A stretch of DNA of 64,000 nucleotides, filler included, from Stramenopiles sp. TOSAG23-3 (GCA_900128585.1; 10 parts of 10 records of this genome joined end to end with filler, not necessarily neighbours in it), one strand, 5' to 3'. Counted from the first letter of the whole stretch, positions 1-11,135 are shown. Translations and numbers: made by a program. Notes: a model not told the origin generated them from the letters alone.

Positions 1-186
1 ATATTTTTTTTATTAATATTATTCTATTCTTCTTGGGAAAGAAAAATAATTGATGAAGTACTAAAAAAATATTTGTACATATACAAATTGAGCGAAGATT
101 TTCGACACATACTGAAGGAACTCTAAAATCATTCTGTTTATTGTTGCATATGATCTTCACCTAAAGCACAATCCACGACCGTGAAA

Positions 187-1377
187 ATGTTTTTGCTGTT
201 CGTAGTATTAGCGTGTGCTTACTGCTCGCCCGCAAATGGTTTCTGGGACGTGCCGCACATGCTGGTCCCGCAGATAGCCGTGGACAGTGGTCTAATATCT
301 GACCAGACCATGAAGTGTGTCGATACCGTCTTCTTGCAATCCTATTACAAAGATTTTGACCATTTTATAAATGCGGGCGTCTGGGCGGATCACATTAAAA
401 CGTCTGCGGCACCTTTCGGGCTTGGCTACTTGAAGGGCACGAAAGCGTTCAACGAGTGGCACTTTATTGACTTTCCACTTGTAGCCGAGGGCGGCGGGAA
501 GTGCGACACAGAAAAGGAGGAAAACATCGTTTATGCGTTGAGTCGACTCGTGTCTAAAGAAGGGCGGGATGAGCTTGCGGAGAAGGGCCCGATGCCGATC
601 TCTCCCGGCGTCGCCCTCCGACTGATAACGCACTTTATAGGGGATTTGCACCAACCGTTACATTGCGTCTCTCGCTGTGATAGCGTTAACCCGGAGGGCG
701 ATATGGGAGGGAACCTCTTCTATGTTGATAATGGAAAGTACACAACCCAAGTGAAAAACCTGCACTCCTTCTGGGACAGTGGGGCTGGTCAATACGACGA
801 CGTGCAGGCAATGTCGCAGAATGACAAACTTGCAGCTTTGCCAGCAATTTCGAAGAAGATCATTTCAGAATTTCCTGTCGCCGCCAAGAAAGGAGAAATC
901 TCGTACAATACCGCAGACGACTTTAGCACTTGGGCCAAAGCGAGCTTCGACCTTGCCAAAAACGACGGGTACACGGATGCCTTGGTGCGTAATTCCGAAT
1001 GCAACATTACGAGGCATGGTAAAGTCACGACCCACGACTGTGCAAAAGTTCCGGATGAGTATCGGAAAAATGCACAGCGAATAATTCGACTGCAGCTGGC
1101 CCTTGCCGGTTACCGCCTGGCAAATATAATTGACACCCACTTTTATGATTGCAAAGCATTTTTTCCACAGTATGGTGTTGCGACTGGATGGGCCATCTTC
1201 CTGTGCATATTGTTTGCTGTGATCGGCTGCGGCCTTGGTGGAGCATATGGAAGGAAGGTGTACTTCCACTGCTTGGCCTTACGCTCTGGAATGGGTGTAA
1301 AATATATAGAGAAAACGCACAATTTGAGGAGCGGGAATGCGGCGGACGGGGGGGCATCGTATCAAAATGTCGTTTAG
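187..1377 (+). CDS. S1/P1-family nuclease (3'-nucleotidase/nuclease-like), signal peptide and C-terminal TM anchor
   Basis: Signal peptide then W-x3-H (FWDVPH), WADHIK, WHFID, HFIGDLHQPLH and LHSFWD zinc motifs; hydrophobic segment WAIFLCILFAVIGCGLGG; ATG at 187. Confidence 0.9.
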   Translation: MFLLFVVLACAYCSPANGFWDVPHMLVPQIAVDSGLISDQTMKCVDTVFLQSYYKDFDHFINAGVWADHIKTSAAPFGLGYLKGTKAFNEWHFIDFPLVAEGGGKCDTEKEENIVYALSRLVSKEGRDELAEKGPMPISPGVALRLITHFIGDLHQPLHCVSRCDSVNPEGDMGGNLFYVDNGKYTTQVKNLHSFWDSGAGQYDDVQAMSQNDKLAALPAISKKIISEFPVAAKKGEISYNTADDFSTWAKASFDLAKNDGYTDALVRNSECNITRHGKVTTHDCAKVPDEYRKNAQRIIRLQLALAGYRLANIIDTHFYDCKAFFPQYGVATGWAIFLCILFAVIGCGLGGAYGRKVYFHCLALRSGMGVKYIEKTHNLRSGNAADGGASYQNVV

Positions 1378-1873
1378 GAGCAGCACAGGTGAAGCGCATG
1401 TTTTTTACAAATTAGGAGCCGGGGTATCAAGAAAAAGTTTGATTAACGCTGTGCTCGCAGAGAGTGGACACCGTTTATAGTTTGGCTCTTATTTATAAAA
1501 AACAAATTATATAGTATAGGCTCTTATTTAATATTTTGGCATCTGCACACACTGCCCCATCGGTTAAATTGTCGGACCTGAGCCTGAGCGTCCCAAGCAC
1601 CAGCGTTTACACAACGATCAAGGCTTTGGGCATGTCGTTTCGGTGCTCGGGAAAATTCAGCCTATGATGACTCCATCCGTGGCGAAGGGGATTGGTGAAG
1701 GCTTCCGATAGAATTTTCAGAAAAATAGACAATGGGAATGGCGAGAAAAATCTAGCGTATCAAGAAGGGGCAATTCGGCGTATAGGTGATCTGTACGCAA
1801 CAAATCGATCCAATTCCCAGTCAAAGTCCCTGATAATTTCATCCGCCTCTGGAGACTCATGTGAGTAGATCAG

Positions 1874-1918
1874 GTACATTAATTTTAATTACTTAAATAA
1901 CAGCCAATTTTCTTGTTT
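1874..1918 (-). repeat. Dispersed conserved gene-3'-end element, full copy
   Basis: Reverse complement AAACAAGAAAATTGGCTGTTATTTAAGTAATTAAAATTAATGTAC, 3 nt after the PDE stop codon. Confidence 0.85.
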
Positions 1919-1921
1919 AAA

Positions 1922-4900
1922 TCAATTTTGCAGGCCCTTGAAAAAGTAAGAATTTCCTCGCCTACCCTGGACACGTCTGCGCTGAGAAATTGCACCAGTC
2001 TCTTTTTTTCTATCAAAGGATTGTAAAATTATTTCTGGGTCTGCACCTTTTGCTAGCTTTACCCAATGCCGACGATTTTGTTCTATGTTAGCGTAGATAA
2101 GCCTTACTTTAGGGAGCACGCCAGCGATTGCTTCAAACCACGGTTGGACGATAAAATCGTAAAAAGAAATTTGCAACTTCGCTTTCTTCACATTTTCCGT
2201 AACTCCCTGCAGGTACCCCGTCACGGGCAAGCCAGCCTCTTGCTCCGCAATAGTTTGTGCATGAAATTCCTCGCAAACCATTCCAGCCCATTTGTAGACT
2301 ACTTTAAAGTCAAATATCACTGGGTTGGAAAGGTCTGCGGAATGCATGATAATGCCATACAGCAGATTTCTGCTCCTTTCGTCGTCTACGTCAAACGCAG
2401 GCTCCATTGCACCCTCGAGTGCTCTTCCCGGCTCTCTCTGTTGTGCAAGCTTCCGTGCCAATATACGCACTTTTTGCGTCTTCCCCGCGTGGTCCGCCAT
2501 GTCAGTAGCAAGAATACTTTTTATCAACACTTTTCTAAAATGGCGCATAAGGTTCTTGTCGCTGGAAACCAAAAACTTGCAATCTTCCCCGGCAAAGATC
2601 CTTGAGGTTGTTGCGGCGTGGTGGTTTTCCAGGATCGATACATCGTTGTATGTCAGCGCTAGAGGGCTCATGGTTGCCGAGTGAAACGCGTTGGTTGTTC
2701 CGGTATGGTCAATGTCATGGCCGAGTCCTGCGGCAACCAGCGCCAAGCGCTCTATTGGCAGCAGAAACTCTTTTGCAGAGGTGTCCGTAACGTACATGTG
2801 CGAGATGTGTGCCACAGACACTGCATGCTTTGCATTGTGATATGGAATGTCCCTGTACCCATTGAGCACTGTCTTTACAAAACACCCCAGCTTTTCCCTA
2901 TCAACTTCAAAGTTTTCCGTGTCAAGTGGTATCACATTGTCAAACATGGCTTTGCAGTACGGAGACAATTCATCGGAAGCATACCTTAATGGGTCGAACG
3001 CCCAGCTCTGCACCTTTTTTCTAACAAAAGAAAAACCTTTTTTTGCATTAAAGGCTGGTAGAAGCCTTTGGAGCTTTTGTTTTGGGGTATAATTCTTTCC
3101 CGCGTTTACGCTTGAACCGGTGGGGTTGTACTCTGCCAAAAAGTCGCGAAGGCTTGCCCCCTTCAGGATGTTGGAGTAACGCCGGTTGTTGGAGGTCCGC
3201 TTGCGCCGCTTAGGCTTCGCGTCGTTCGCAGATACGGACTGCCCCAGCAGCTGCGTATCATCTGCCCCCGTTTCTTCGTCTCCTGGATTGGAATCTCCTT
3301 GGATTGCCAAGTGGATCAAAATCTCGTGATTTCGTTCTTGAAAAATGTTGCAAATTTCAGCTACAAAAAACTCTAATGCTTCCACATCATTTGGAGAAAA
3401 ATCTTCCGGGCTGCAATCGTCTCCTGAGCTCCTCTTGTTTCCAAAAGACATCAATGCAACAGTCCTGCCGTCAAGATCTTCGATAGGAATGACGATTAAG
3501 TTGTACGTCTCTATTTCGACAAGTCCTTGCAAGGCGTTAGCGCTGTACGGGAGTGATTTCCCTAAGCTCCATTCCACTCGATCATTGCTGCTGTAAGCGT
3601 AAGATATGGCGTCCGTATTGCTGCCTCCTGAACTTTTCATAAATTGCATATCAAAAGAGACGTGTGCTTTCTGTCCCCTTTTGCGACACACAGAGAAGAA
3701 CGAAGACGTCTCCTTCTGATGAATATGTATGCATGTATAGTCGTGCTCGCAAATATACCTCGCGGATTCTAGCATTTTGTCTAGCAAGTACTCCATATTT
3801 GACGTCGTTGAATTGGCGCGAACAACTTCGATTAGCGCTCTGTTGCGAACGTTGACCATCTTGTTCAACGCACGCCGCCGCTCGCGATTGTTTAGTATTT
3901 GCACAGAAGGTGCAGAAAGAATCTTAAAGTTCGTCTTGTGCTGACTCATCTTCAAGTCAAATTCATCTTGGTCCATTTTCTGCTCCCCAATCTTCATGAG
4001 CAACGAGCTCACTTTATCGTCCTGGCTTTTTTTCAAAAGTTTTCTTCTAAACGATTTAAGACTCTTCCGCTCTAGACTACCAGCCTTCGTTTTGGCTGTT
4101 TCCGACGTCTTCGCGTCTGAGATCTTTACCTTCTCCTGAAAGGAGCTTGCCCAGCTTTTGCTTGGCTGGCCCTGCTCGGGATCAACAGCGCTTAGATTTG
4201 AGTAAAATGTACTTACAACTTTGCCGTCTTCGTACTCAATTTCACACTCTTCGCTATTGTCATTGCAGTCGAAAACTCTCCCGACGCAACCAGCATAATT
4301 TCGGTCCTGGCCGCTTAAATGAATTATAGAAACGTATATGTCTTCAATAATTATTTTTGGTCGCAGATTACTGTGCTTGAGCGCAGCTGGTTTTTGTTTC
4401 GCAGACATCGTGACCAAATATCGCTGCAATTTTTTATCGTACGAAAGGACTTCTCCAGCGACTCCATTGTATTTGGTATTGCTCAGAGAGTGTGTGATAA
4501 CTTCTGTTCCAGCTGGCATCAGCAAGACGGCTTGGCTAAATGAATCCTCGGGCGTCGTTTCAGTTGCATCAGCTACCTGCAATTGCTCTTCTTGAGCTTT
4601 CCCTTCTATTGAATTTCCTCGTTCGTCTCTCTCATCTGGTCCAGTCCTGATCGCGCAGCCAGTTTCGAACATGACTTGATTGATCTCATTTTCCGCTTCC
4701 AAAAGTTCGCGGTCGATCTGATCTATCAGTCTTTCGTTTCTTCTCTTCGCTTTGGCCTTAATTTGCTTTACATGATACCGACTCATACTAAATCGATCTA
4801 TGCGTATAAATAGACTACGTCCTGCCTCAAAGGTTTTCCCTCTTTGGGGTGGCTGTGAAATGCACTTGGGAGTTCTTTTACTTTCTCTCCAATTCTGAAA

Positions 4901-4948
4901 AGATACCAAAATCGAATTCCACGTCCGTATAAAAAGAAAGCGGGCCAT
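1922..4948 (-). CDS. Class I cyclic nucleotide phosphodiesterase with GAF-like domain (start may be Met at 4786)
   Basis: YHNAKHA, HDIDHTG, LENHH, ILATDM, HSADLSN and EEFHAQ PDE motifs; upstream GAF-like region ending GNK...FSPNDVEAL. Confidence 0.92.
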   Translation of the reverse strand: MARFLFIRTWNSILVSFQNWRESKRTPKCISQPPQRGKTFEAGRSLFIRIDRFSMSRYHVKQIKAKAKRRNERLIDQIDRELLEAENEINQVMFETGCAIRTGPDERDERGNSIEGKAQEEQLQVADATETTPEDSFSQAVLLMPAGTEVITHSLSNTKYNGVAGEVLSYDKKLQRYLVTMSAKQKPAALKHSNLRPKIIIEDIYVSIIHLSGQDRNYAGCVGRVFDCNDNSEECEIEYEDGKVVSTFYSNLSAVDPEQGQPSKSWASSFQEKVKISDAKTSETAKTKAGSLERKSLKSFRRKLLKKSQDDKVSSLLMKIGEQKMDQDEFDLKMSQHKTNFKILSAPSVQILNNRERRRALNKMVNVRNRALIEVVRANSTTSNMEYLLDKMLESARYICEHDYTCIHIHQKETSSFFSVCRKRGQKAHVSFDMQFMKSSGGSNTDAISYAYSSNDRVEWSLGKSLPYSANALQGLVEIETYNLIVIPIEDLDGRTVALMSFGNKRSSGDDCSPEDFSPNDVEALEFFVAEICNIFQERNHEILIHLAIQGDSNPGDEETGADDTQLLGQSVSANDAKPKRRKRTSNNRRYSNILKGASLRDFLAEYNPTGSSVNAGKNYTPKQKLQRLLPAFNAKKGFSFVRKKVQSWAFDPLRYASDELSPYCKAMFDNVIPLDTENFEVDREKLGCFVKTVLNGYRDIPYHNAKHAVSVAHISHMYVTDTSAKEFLLPIERLALVAAGLGHDIDHTGTTNAFHSATMSPLALTYNDVSILENHHAATTSRIFAGEDCKFLVSSDKNLMRHFRKVLIKSILATDMADHAGKTQKVRILARKLAQQREPGRALEGAMEPAFDVDDERSRNLLYGIIMHSADLSNPVIFDFKVVYKWAGMVCEEFHAQTIAEQEAGLPVTGYLQGVTENVKKAKLQISFYDFIVQPWFEAIAGVLPKVRLIYANIEQNRRHWVKLAKGADPEIILQSFDRKKETGAISQRRRVQGRRGNSYFFKGLQN

Positions 4949-5130
4949 GAATAAATACCTTTTTGTGTGATAATATATAATNNNNNNNNNNNNNNNNNNN
5001 NNNNNNNNNNNNNNNNNNNNNNNNNNNNNNNNNNNNNNNNNNNNNNNNNNNNTATTATACTCTTACAGGACAGCACGTACAAATATAATAACGTAACCGA
5101 TAAATATGAGAGAGGAGAAAGAGTGAGTAA

Positions 5131-5619
5131 TCAATAGCAGCAACCATTTTCGTCAAATTCATTATAGTTTCCGACTTTTGCACATGAACTACAATGGTAT
5201 TCCTCATATTTATAATTCCATTCTGAACACCCATCGCACATATTGTTACTACAGGCGCCACATTTTTCTAGTTCAACACTTGTGGCATCACAGCAGAGCT
5301 CGCATGAAAACGTGTCTTTACAAACGTCGCATAAAATTATATTACTCGCATATGCACTACATCTTTCACAAATACTTAAATCTTTTCTTTTGCAAATTCC
5401 CCCCAACTCTTCCTGGTTCAACTTGGACTGTTCCTCTAACGCAATTTTCCTCCGGGTCTCCAATTCCTTTAGTTCTTGATCAAATTTTTTATTAATTGCT
5501 TCAATAGCTTTAGCATGTTTCTCGCCAATAGCTTTGAAAAGTAGCCCTTCACTTTCCCCTTTCTTCTTCTGCTTCTTTTTCGGACGGGGGTTACTAGACT
5601 TAGTGGTGGATGAGGACAT
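5131..5619 (-). CDS. Small protein: basic N-terminus, coiled coil, Cys-rich (CxxC) C-terminus
   Basis: 162-aa ATG ORF with PRPKKKQKKK and multiple CxxC pairs. Confidence 0.55.
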   Translation of the reverse strand: MSSSTTKSSNPRPKKKQKKKGESEGLLFKAIGEKHAKAIEAINKKFDQELKELETRRKIALEEQSKLNQEELGGICKRKDLSICERCSAYASNIILCDVCKDTFSCELCCDATSVELEKCGACSNNMCDGCSEWNYKYEEYHCSSCAKVGNYNEFDENGCCY

Positions 5620-6471
5620 GGGAAAAATGTTATTACACTATTCCACTTGGTTCCCCCTTCGTAGAAAAACAAGCAATCTCTAAACTGTGGGGAGGGGGGA
5701 TCGTAGCGCAAACTCTAGTTCTAAACTTTTCCTCTTCTTTTAATATAAATTTATTCTTTGTATTTTAGATATTTTGCCTTTTTGGAATCTTCTCGGTTAA
5801 TATATAATAATTTATTATTTTGATGAAGAATGATTAAAAAAATGATGATGATTTTTTTTTGTATTACTACACCAAGTACCGGTACCTGGTACCTCAAAGG
5901 AGGGAATTAATATTGTACGAGTTCAGTGTAGGGTTTAAATACTATCGCTTATTAAGCTATTATAAACTTTTATCGTGCGACCCCGGTATGTACGGGTACC
6001 AGGAATGAAACCAATACCTGGTGTACCAACGTGTAATAAAATGGGGGGGTAGTTTATTAGGGTTGGTTGCAGTTTGTTCATATAATTTAAATAGTCGGTC
6101 TAATAATAATATATAATAACTCCCGCACCAATCTCTTCCAATCCCATCATGCGCGCGATCTGAGATCATCATAGACTAGTGGTGTTGGATACAGCAAACA
6201 GCATACAGCATCCGCAGCAGCGGCGCGGCATTTCGTGCTTTTTCTAACATTTTGAACCAAACCCACTATCGCATGCAAGTAGATGTTTCATTAGAGGAAA
6301 ACAATTGAAGAGTAAGTTTAGCGACCTTAACTTTGTTTGTTTGCTTTTATCAGGCAGAGATTTTACTGAATATTCGGGAAAAAGCAGGCAAAGGAATAAT
6401 GCTACCAGTTTGAGAAACGGCGAGAGCCATGCTATAAATACACTGGGCGACTGAACACGGTTGGAGATTCC

Positions 6472-9291
6472 ATGGGCGGTGCGATCTCTCTTCCATTACC
6501 TTCGAGGGGACAGAAGAAGAAGATGCACACTTACACTACAATGGGGGGAAAGGTCATGGTTGCGGACGCTGCCGCAATGGCCAGGGAGGAGGAGGATTTG
6601 CGTAGAATAAACGCGGGGGCAAACGTAAGGGACATTGCGAGGGAAAGAGCAGAGAGACGGGCGAAGGAGGAGGCAGAGAAACGGTACAGTTTCACAGACT
6701 CTGGCCCTGAGTCTCCCTTGCTCTCGTCCCGATCCTCTTTTGGGTTTGGCATGAGCCCAAAAGAAAAGTCTCTCTCCCGCATAGGGCTTAGCCGTCCGAA
6801 GCTGCAGTATGCCACGACGTCGTCGATTATGCTGGGGTGGTCGCCTGAGATAGAGGGCGCTGCTTCCACCATAAAAAGCTACGAAGTGCAGTGGAAGCGG
6901 TTTCTGGACTCTTCAACCAGGCCCGGCGGCGTTGTGGAAGGCTGGTCTGCGACTGCCGACATGCCTAACCAGAGGGTCTACTTTCGGTGTGGGGACGATT
7001 TTGCGTCTATTCCAGAGCAGCTTCCGAACTTGCTGAAGATTTCACTGCACATCAGCGGGTTGCCGCAAGACTGCTGCCCCCTTCGCTTTCGCGTGCGCGC
7101 TCGGTGCCACGCCGGCTGGGGCACGTGGAGCCCCACGAGCACGGGAATAGGGGTGTTGCCAGCGACGATGGCGGCACCGTCAGTGTCAAAGTGTAACGCG
7201 TACAATTTGGAGCTGCGATGGAAACGGTTGACTGACAAACGCTACGGCACACTGAAGCACTACATCGTGTACGGGAAGCTAGACCTGCAATCGTCAAAAG
7301 GGGAAGAGAATGAGTTTCAAGAGTGCGTCACGACCATTGCCAGCAAGTTGAACGTGGATAGGATTGGGGACATGGGGATGACACCGGCTACCCCGTACGC
7401 GTTTCGTGTCACAGCAGTTTTTGTGCACAACGACTCCGACTCTGAGCGTGACATTAGTATGGTCACAAGCGAGACCTTGAAAGTTCGCACGACCGTTGCG
7501 CCGCCAGACCCGCCTTCGATGCCTACCATCGTAGAAGTGAGTGCCAGACAATGCAAACTGACCTGGAATCAACCGTGCTGCAACGGCACAAAAGTTACCT
7601 CGTACAAGCTGCTGATGAAGCCAGGAGTGTCTCGGATATACAGAGAGGTCTACGTGGGACCGTTGACGGTGTACACCGTCGAGCGGCTTCAGCCAAATAC
7701 AGAGTACAACTTTAAGGTGGCCGCCGCTAATTCACGGGGTACGAGCGAGGCCAGCGCACCTGTGATGGTGGTTACAGACGACGGTCCCCGGGTAGTCATC
7801 TCGCCAGACCGACTTGATCCCAACAGCGACACCAGCAACCCTGGAAGTCCGACCATCCCTTCCAGTCCAAGTGGCTTGGAGACCGACGCGGAGCTGGCGC
7901 AAGCGTTGGAAAACAGCCTGGCGTCTGTACCAGGGGGACAGACTTACGACGGAAGGGAAAGCCAGTTCAGCAGTCCCGTCCCCATCCAAAGCCGACGGCG
8001 CAGCATACGATCCTCCCCCACGGCCCCCGACAGGGAGCGCATGGGCGCGCTAAAGAATGGCTGGGTAGAGTGCTGGGATGCAATAGCAAAAGCGACGTAT
8101 TACTACCACCCGGCGACTGGGTCGACCCAGTGGGAGCATCCCCGTGGTACAAAGTTAGACCCGGAACTTGTTTTCCGAAGGAAACGCTTCAAATTCTTGT
8201 ACACGCTCCACAAGCGAGACTTTTCCGACCAAACGCGTGAGGTGCTGCCCCTAAAGGTCAACCGCAACGAACTGGTGTATTCCTCGTACCAACAGTTTCG
8301 TGGCTGCACGCAATTGCAGCTTAAGATGGTCACTAAAGTTACGTTCGAAAACGAGGAAGGGATAGACTCTGGGGGCTTGACAAAGAATTGGTTTCTTGAA
8401 CTGTCGCGTGAGTTTGCAAACCCTGCCTTGGTACTGTTTAGAAAGTTTGGCGAGAACAGTGAGTTTTTTGAGGTAGACCCCAGGTCGGGCATTAACGAAG
8501 AGCACTTGAACTACTTTCGTTTCATAGGGCAGATTCTTGGGAAAGCAGCGTACGACCGCCAACTGGTGGACGTTAATTTCTCGACTGAAATTTACAAGCA
8601 TATACTCGGGAGAAAGCTGGGGCTTGAGGACCTGAAGGAGAAAGACGAGGTGTATTACAAGAGTTTAAAATGGATGCTGGATAATAATATTTCCGGCGTG
8701 GTCTTTGAGACCTTTTCCACAACTACCGAGTACTTTGGTGTATCCGAAACCATTCCACTCGTGCCGGGCGGAGAAAATATTGAAGTGACCGACGAAAACA
8801 AAGCCGAGTACGTCGATGCGATCTGTGCGTGGAGACTGCACGGCTCCATTGAGCAACAAGTGCACAACCTTTGCCTCGGCTTCAATGATGTCATACCGTT
8901 GGAGGCTATTCGAACCTTCACGCCAACGGAGTTGGAACTATTGCTGAACGGGAAAGCGGAGATCGACACTGATGAGGTTAAGAGCTCCACGAAGTACACT
9001 GGAGGGTACACCTCGGACTCGCCGGGCGTGCTGGCATTTTGGCGCGTTTTTGATAATCTCTCCATGGAAGACCGGGCAAAACTACTCATGTTTACGACCG
9101 GCACTACAAAGGTTCCCTTGGACGGATTTGACCCGCTGTTTACTATTACAAAAGGTACCGAAAAAGATGCGTTGCCTCGCAGTCACACTTGTTTCAACCA
9201 GTTGGTGTTTCCTCCATACGAATCCGACGAAGTGTGTCTATCAAAGCTACTCCTTGCCGTGAACAACACGGACGGCTTCCTGCTTAGCTAG
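6472..9291 (+). CDS. HECT E3 ubiquitin ligase with three FN3-like domains and one WW domain
   Basis: FENEEGIDSGGL and SHTCFNQL catalytic motif; WW (GWVECWD...YYYHPATGSTQWEHP); FN3 (LQPNTEYNFKVAAANSRG). Confidence 0.93.
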   Translation: MGGAISLPLPSRGQKKKMHTYTTMGGKVMVADAAAMAREEEDLRRINAGANVRDIARERAERRAKEEAEKRYSFTDSGPESPLLSSRSSFGFGMSPKEKSLSRIGLSRPKLQYATTSSIMLGWSPEIEGAASTIKSYEVQWKRFLDSSTRPGGVVEGWSATADMPNQRVYFRCGDDFASIPEQLPNLLKISLHISGLPQDCCPLRFRVRARCHAGWGTWSPTSTGIGVLPATMAAPSVSKCNAYNLELRWKRLTDKRYGTLKHYIVYGKLDLQSSKGEENEFQECVTTIASKLNVDRIGDMGMTPATPYAFRVTAVFVHNDSDSERDISMVTSETLKVRTTVAPPDPPSMPTIVEVSARQCKLTWNQPCCNGTKVTSYKLLMKPGVSRIYREVYVGPLTVYTVERLQPNTEYNFKVAAANSRGTSEASAPVMVVTDDGPRVVISPDRLDPNSDTSNPGSPTIPSSPSGLETDAELAQALENSLASVPGGQTYDGRESQFSSPVPIQSRRRSIRSSPTAPDRERMGALKNGWVECWDAIAKATYYYHPATGSTQWEHPRGTKLDPELVFRRKRFKFLYTLHKRDFSDQTREVLPLKVNRNELVYSSYQQFRGCTQLQLKMVTKVTFENEEGIDSGGLTKNWFLELSREFANPALVLFRKFGENSEFFEVDPRSGINEEHLNYFRFIGQILGKAAYDRQLVDVNFSTEIYKHILGRKLGLEDLKEKDEVYYKSLKWMLDNNISGVVFETFSTTTEYFGVSETIPLVPGGENIEVTDENKAEYVDAICAWRLHGSIEQQVHNLCLGFNDVIPLEAIRTFTPTELELLLNGKAEIDTDEVKSSTKYTGGYTSDSPGVLAFWRVFDNLSMEDRAKLLMFTTGTTKVPLDGFDPLFTITKGTEKDALPRSHTCFNQLVFPPYESDEVCLSKLLLAVNNTDGFLLS

Positions 9292-9619
9292 TGGAGAGTC
9301 GAGGCTCGTTCCTTTCGAAAATTTTTAAGTTTTTCTAAAATGCTTTATTGGGTACACGAAATATTTACTTTAACTTATGCTATTGCTTTTTGATGAATTA
9401 AGATTGTGCATTTTATAAATTTTAATCCAGGAATTAAATGACATCCTTTATTTTTTTGTTTTTATAAAGAATCCTAGGAAGAGCCAATTTTTTGTTTTTA
9501 AAAATCCTAAGAGTTCTTTTTTTTTTCATTACTTGGTTTACGTTACATATACGGAACAGTGTTAGAGTCAGCGTATTTCAGGAAATGGAAAAGAGATCAA
9601 ATCTAAAACGCACGCGGTA

Positions 9620-9865
9620 ATGAGTCTGAGAGGTGCAGAGGAGCGCGCTACTACTTTCGCGAAAATGAACATGTTTGAGATATGTACATATAGAGTTTGT
9701 CCAGACCGAAACCCCTGCTTGCCCGCGAATTACAAGCTGCACGTGGTGCAGCATTCTGACGGGCAAGACCATGAGGTTAAGGTACGAGTTGTTGTCGCAC
9801 AAGTGAAAGCCGAAGATGGGACGGGATTCAAATTTTTCCTATACAGTACTGAATTCAAATATTAA
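9620..9865 (+). CDS. Hypothetical small protein (81 aa)
   Basis: ATG ORF in a coding-like GC island; no recognised motif. Confidence 0.4.
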   Translation: MSLRGAEERATTFAKMNMFEICTYRVCPDRNPCLPANYKLHVVQHSDGQDHEVKVRVVVAQVKAEDGTGFKFFLYSTEFKY

Positions 9866-9936
9866 CCCATCGTCGGTATGAAACTCTGCTTAAAGAAGGA
9901 AGAAAATAAAAGAGTGCTCGAAGATAGCAAGAAGGT

Positions 9937-10617
9937 TCACAAGGAACTTACCTCAAACAATTCTGGCATGATACTTTTCAATCCATGAATACTATCGAGT
10001 TGAAGGTCCGCTCCGGCGCATTCCCTCTTTTGACCCTCGACGTAACCATCCCGCAAAGGGCCCACGACAATCGTTTTCCACCCTACTTTCTTCGCAGCTC
10101 CTATGTTGGACGAGGAATCGTCCGCAAATATACATTTCTCTGGGTCTGTGACTCCGGCAATTTCCATCGCACGCGCGAACGCTTCAGGGGAATGCTTTGT
10201 AACAAGGCCCACCGCCTTGCAGTCAATAATCCCCAAAAAAAGGTCGCCTACGCCCAGGGCTTCTAGGCATCTCTTCGCGTGCGACTCTACGCTGGCAGTA
10301 AATACCCATTTCTTGACTTTCATGCTCTGGATCATTGCGCGAAGCGGTTCGTCCGTGTTTATATCTTGCAAAGGAACGTTGTGCACGTACTCCAGAAACT
10401 CGTCGATAGCCTCCGGAGTATCCTCAATTATTTTTTCCTCCGTCAACCCTCGAAGGCACGTGCCATACTTCTTGTACAGCTTGTACGCATATCCCGTCTC
10501 CAACCCTAACGTTTCAGTACAATACTGGTCTATTTTTGCCGTTATTAAATTTGCTGTCTTCCAGTTGTTCTGGTACAGACAGTCGTCGCAATCGAAAAAG
10601 AACACTACGCCTTCCAT
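9937..10617 (-). CDS. HAD-family pyrimidine 5'-nucleotidase (SDT1/PHM8-like)
   Basis: FFDCDDCLY motif I, YKKYGTCLRGL, FTAS, K...AF and FADDS motif IV. Confidence 0.88.
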   Translation of the reverse strand: MEGVVFFFDCDDCLYQNNWKTANLITAKIDQYCTETLGLETGYAYKLYKKYGTCLRGLTEEKIIEDTPEAIDEFLEYVHNVPLQDINTDEPLRAMIQSMKVKKWVFTASVESHAKRCLEALGVGDLFLGIIDCKAVGLVTKHSPEAFARAMEIAGVTDPEKCIFADDSSSNIGAAKKVGWKTIVVGPLRDGYVEGQKRECAGADLQLDSIHGLKSIMPELFEVSSL

Positions 10618-10959
10618 TTCGTCGTCGCTTAATCGTTAACAAAGGTACAAACAAAAACACACCCTGTCTCGACCACTGCTGTATGGACGTTAAAAATTTC
10701 GTGTGTATTTAGTAATTGCGCGGTTGGGGTTCATAACGATTCGTAACCGTCCACCGCTTCTATTAAATCCACGATTGTAATATTGGACAATCGTACTACC
10801 ACAGATGAAGAAATGCAGAAATACAGCCCCGGCAGCCTCTATATATAGACTATTTATTTTTCAATTCTTCTTCCTTTCCTTCTTCTTCTTTTATTAATAT
10901 TACCAGGTACCGGTGTACCGGTAGTATAATATCATTTTTTTTTTCTTATTATTAAATTA

Positions 10960-11059
10960 NNNNNNNNNNNNNNNNNNNNNNNNNNNNNNNNNNNNNNNNN
11001 NNNTTAATTAATTAANNNNNNNNNNNNNNNNNNNNNNNNNNNNNNNNNNNNNNNNNNNN
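10960..11059. other. Artificial contig linker (N-run + TTAATTAATTAA + N-run); the same linker is at ~22051, 33073, 44071, 55053, 56866, 58679, 60491, 62302
   Basis: Identical six-frame-stop 12-mer inside N runs; the intervening contigs decrease in length. Confidence 0.97.
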
Positions 11060-11135
11060 CTTCTTCTTCTTCTTCTTCTTCTTCTTCTTCTTCTTCTTCT
11101 TCTTCTTCTTCTTCTTCTTCTTCTTCTTCTTCTTC
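11060..11135. repeat. (CTT)n microsatellite; (CCTT)n follows at ~11426-11470
   Basis: Direct reading. Confidence 0.95.

Noticed and set aside
1540-1870. GC-richer island between the nuclease and PDE genes
   Set aside because: All frames examined are interrupted and no RNA or protein motif was recognised; possibly a gene relic
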